The notes under the pieces were generated by a model. It worked only from the letters and a program-made list of their open reading frames with translations, was not told the origin of the DNA and did not search any database. The translations under genes and the position numbers were made by a program. A DNA stretch of 64,000 nucleotides from Obrimoposthia wandeli (lineage: Eukaryota), in contig CDROCS010001270.1 in assembly GCA_977020255.1 (NCBI GenBank), positions 372,001 to 436,000 on the forward strand, given 5' to 3'. This document shows, one piece after another, positions 59,778 to 64,000 of this stretch. The number at the start of each line of letters is the position of its first letter. Positions within the stretch are counted from its first letter, which is position 1.

Positions 59778-62679
59778 AAGACAATTGAGCCAATTCAATC
59801 TTCCATCAAAGCGAAGTTTGGGGGAAATTATTTACCTCCCCTGAGATTCGCCAGGACTGCCTCAGAACGGACTGCCCCGGATTCGCGGTTGTCAGCAGCA
59901 ATAGCACCAGTCGGTAACATCTGCTGCGTCCACTTCCTCTCCCTCCTTTTTTATGTGGCCGACCTTCCTCGCCATTCTTATCAGGTAGCGTCTGTATCTT
60001 CCCGATGCTCTATTCCCCGACGACCAGCCGCTAGTTTTCTATCCCTCTCTCCGTTCTGGCTGAGTCTGCTTCACCTTATCTGTCTTCTCCCTCCTCCTCA
60101 TTATATTGTCGCACAGATTGAGTGGCAATCCAATACATACATGACCTCCCTCTCTCGGAATGTGTCGCATATCTCAGTGGTCTGGTATTTTCGTGGATCA
60201 AAAGAGGTCCTTTTCGATTAGCTAAACTATTTTGTTTTAATAATTATTGTACATACACAAAACTTACTACATAAATTAACAAACAAATAGTAAATCTTTT
60301 AATTTGTGTTAATTCATGAGTTACCCACTTTTCTAACTTTTACACTATATTCTCTACAGACAAATGCCTGGAAATGGTACATAATTGTGAGTTCCCCATT
60401 AGTACTACAAGGATTTGATTTGACAGCTAGTTATCTATGGTAATAGGAACTCCACAACCTACTTGGTTTTCTAAGTCAGTGATGCCAGATTAAAACTTTC
60501 AAATAATTTTTAAGCGGTTCTCACCAAACGCTATATTAATATTTCTAAATGCTTCCGCTTTCGTGAGATCTAATTCATATTCATATAAAAATAATTCGTT
60601 TTTGATTCTGATGCATACCAAATTCGGAGTCACTTATCTGATATAAAAATTATCAAATTGTAAAATTGTTCTACAAAAATTTAATAAATGTACAATAAAT
60701 GAAAAATGCAGGTACAAAATTTAATTCATAAAACTAATATAAAGATGTGTTAAAATTCTGACATTGAAAACCGAAATTAATTATGCAGCATCCTAATTGT
60801 TTCATTTAGCCTGTTCAAAATGGTTTGTAAATGTGTAAATGTTATCAAATATTTAGCGTATTATTAAAAGCAAAATGCTTATTTATATTCTCATTTAATT
60901 TTAAATATCTTCAACATCATTAACTTAAATAAAATTGTTTTAATCTTCAAAATCAAATGAATATACAAAATTTAAAACATTACATAAAAACTAAAATATG
61001 AACAACTTTAAAAAATAGAAACGTAATATTAATATAATTCGACAAATGACATTACTCATTTGTCAAATTCAACATTCAAATATAATGAAATTCTGATTCA
61101 AATTATTCAAAATCATTATTAATTAAATTCTTCCTTATAATTACTACAACTGGTGCATCGTGTAAATCATTCATCCAATTTGATGTCATACAAACATGTC
61201 AATTCAAATCGCAGAAAATGAAGAAGGACCTATACAGTGCAGTTGCTGAGCAGAGTATAAACCATATGCCACTAATGAGATTGAGACTTAAATTTCAGTT
61301 TTTATGCAACAAAAAGTCGGTCGGCTTGACTCAGGTTAATGGAAAATTTGAACAAAATCTAACCAATATCACTGTAACCAATGGTAACAAATGCTTAATC
61401 AACTCAACGAAGAATCGGTTGTAAGCTGCTACTACAGTTGTCCATGGAGAAAGCTGAAACAACTGTGGGCATTGGTGTAAGTGATTTAAGATATATATAG
61501 ATAGATGTACGTTGTACATTGTCAGGTTTTTGGGGCTTGTTTATGCTGTGGACTTGTAAGGGAAATACCTGCTTATTGTCTGGCTTACAAAGACAGCTAC
61601 GTCAATTTTCCTCATTCGAGTAAACTTTGAAAAGTTTAATTTGTTATATTTACATAAAAACGTGTTGAATCTTTCATGAATTTGTTAGATTTATATTTGT
61701 TTTGGATTATTTTGAAGAAATCACTCTGAAGTTGGAGGATTTTAGTTATTGTTCAGTTATTTTGTTTGTTTGATTAGTTTGATAATATATTTATTAAGTT
61801 TCAGCTACAAAACTGATTAAATTCAAACGGAAATTTGATTATTTAATCTGATATTCATACATAATCAGACTTTATGGTATGCGCGGATGAATTAACTTGC
61901 TGGTAATACAGACGATCGCTTATAATTAGTTTTAGCATTTGTTCAACAGAGGGCCTCAAAATGTTAACATATTTATCGCTAAAATAATCAACCATTTGGG
62001 AACAGAGGTAGAAAAATACATCCAAACTTCATCTCTAACGAACTGTAGCTTTTCAAATCAAACTAATCAACACCAATGGTCGGTACCGTCCAATGAAAAC
62101 TTTCTTTCGTCAGTGAAAACAGTTCTAATTGTGTCTTAGCTTTTAGTTAATCGGATAAGCTACACTCTTTCCGATTAACGAACCTGGTCCACCTAGAAAC
62201 CTCTAAGTTGCAATCGTTTATTAATTCAGGTACATTGATGTTCTCTCCAATTTGAATCTATCGAGAAATTTCTCTTTTAATTCGTAACTGGAACTATTTA
62301 TTTAAGAAATTTTCTTCCCCTTTTTTCTGGGATTTGTAACCATTTTATAGTGGAATAAATTTTGAACTGAACTTGTAGAAACACTTAATAAATCAGCAAA
62401 TTCAATGTGAGACTTTTGGCATCTTCTGTGATCATTCCACATTTTGATAAGCAAGCTCTAAGTTTATTAACAAAATTTAATATAGTCACTCACTTTCTTA
62501 AAGGAATCAAAACAAAGTCTATTTTTTAGGATGAATGGTAACAGTTTATAAAGAATGAATTTGTTGAAAAATATTTCGGTTTATATAGTTAAAACGTTAC
62601 GTAATATTTTAATGAATAAAAACTTTGTTAATGATTATTCGATGTGATGATTGTAGTTGAACTATGTCCTCTGGATGAT

Positions 62680-64000
62680 CTCTTGTCCTGGAGTCCTCAC
62701 CTCGCAAATTTTGTGACCTGTCAGCATTGTGTAAACAGATATAGTGTACAGGTCTTGGATATGTATGCTTCCACAATGAATCTCCCGGTAACACAACATA
62801 CATTGAATTCATTATATCTGTGAAGCTAATATCCAACTAGGTTCAGTATGTATTGCTCTAACTTGTAAACTCTTAAAAATACAAATGTATCTCTTTTCTC
62901 TTCTGTTTCCTCGGCCTTGCACTGTCATTATTGGTCCTGCAAAATCAACCCCAGCTCTTGCAAATGGTTTGAGAAGTTCTCTAAATCAAAACTGTGGCAA
63001 TGCTGTCATTCTTTGTGTCATTCCTACTGCTTTACGTCTTCTACACGCTTCGCTCTTATTTTCTACATCACTAATTATTCGTCTCACCTTCGAAATCCAA
63101 AATCTAGATTGTACCTCGTTTAGAATATGTTGCTTGTAGTGATTCAACTTCTTGTGGGTTTATTTTATAATCAAACTTTCCAAACTGCTCTCCTCGCTCA
63201 CAATAATTGTGAATCGTACGTCATAACTTTAAAATTCAGCATGGATAATTTTTGTATTACTTCTCAAAACACCATCATCGTCTAAAATAGGATTCAACCG
63301 ATGTAAATCACTTGTTTTTAGAATTGACTTAATTTAGCTTAACAATCTTATTTAATCTCTAAAAAACTAATTTTGGCGGTTTCTCATCAGCTCGATCTTG
63401 ATTTCATGTAACTCATCCACAGATAACTCTCCCACTGTCTTCTGCTCTCGGCTGAGTCTATAATTGAGTACAAATCTTGAAATCCAAGCTCTTACACGTT
63501 GTTTGCGCATAAGACATGAATATGTCTCTGGCTTGAAACAACTTGTGTTTCCCACATACCCTCTAAAATTTTGTCTTACTGGAATCGTCAAAAAAATCTT
63601 TTTATATCTTTCTTTTGATCTCTTGATCCGGACCCTTTGGCCACTTTCAGTGTAATGCATTAAGAACTTTTGACCTTTCCACCACATTTTGCATTTTGCT
63701 AAAACATCTGCAGACTCACCTTGAAACAGAATATGAGCCGGGTTCTCCTTTGTTCGGACATTTTTTCAATTACAAATATTTGTTTTACTCGGAATTGTTC
63801 TCACTCTATTGGCAACAAACGGTTCGAACAATTTTCCTGTTTGTCGTATCCACCAGAAAATATTCATACTCAGACCAAAACTGAACAGTCTTCACATCTA
63901 ATTCCAAAACCCGAGTAATTCTCTTTGCTACTTTTACTCCTACACTAGCCGCCATTAGCTCTAATCTTCGTATACTTATAACTTTTAAGGGTAAAACTTT
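62680..64000 (-). pseudogene. BEL/Pao LTR retrotransposon pol relic (RNase H to integrase)
   Basis: SIRRLELMAASVG, PFVANRV, ENPA, WWKG..FL, RVRAWISRF, LNPILDDDGVLRS, PFARAGVDFAGP, KRYICIF..VRAIHTE; multiple stops and shifts. Confidence 0.9.

Noticed and set aside
59697-60221. 174-aa ORF crossing the right terminus
   Set aside because: Begins inside the hairpin and runs through CT-rich flanking repeat; low complexity.

Overview
AT-rich, repeat-dense eukaryotic genomic window (animal; a flatworm-like host is only an inference from a T-rich NUMT and 36-48 nt introns). The main feature is a complete 15.3-kb Maverick/Polinton (adintovirus-like endogenous virus) at 44488-59777. It has AG...CT termini, a 6-bp TSD (AAGACA), long TIRs that each start with a ~77-bp-stem hairpin, and the core genes: packaging ATPase, rve-chromo integrase, penton, core protein, major capsid, adenain protease and pPolB. 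Most of these carry frameshifts. Its non-canonical features are an intron-containing TBP-like gene, a TATAAACAA motif about 31-46 nt upstream of most genes, a BIR-RING IAP, short spliceosomal introns in three genes, and a ubiquitin-like domain ending in LRGG fused ahead of the polymerase, hidden by a frameshift. A second, diverged Maverick runs off the left edge (1-3754), and an orphan Maverick-type end lies at ~33532-33936. Also present: a near-intact maT/Tc1-mariner element, hAT and piggyBac MITEs with TSDs, several transposase relics, a BEL/Pao pol relic, a scrambled nad5-cob-cox2 NUMT, degenerate hammerhead-like repeats, and the terminal coding exon of a host KCTD8/12/16-like gene. No CRISPR, rRNA or tRNA was recognised.
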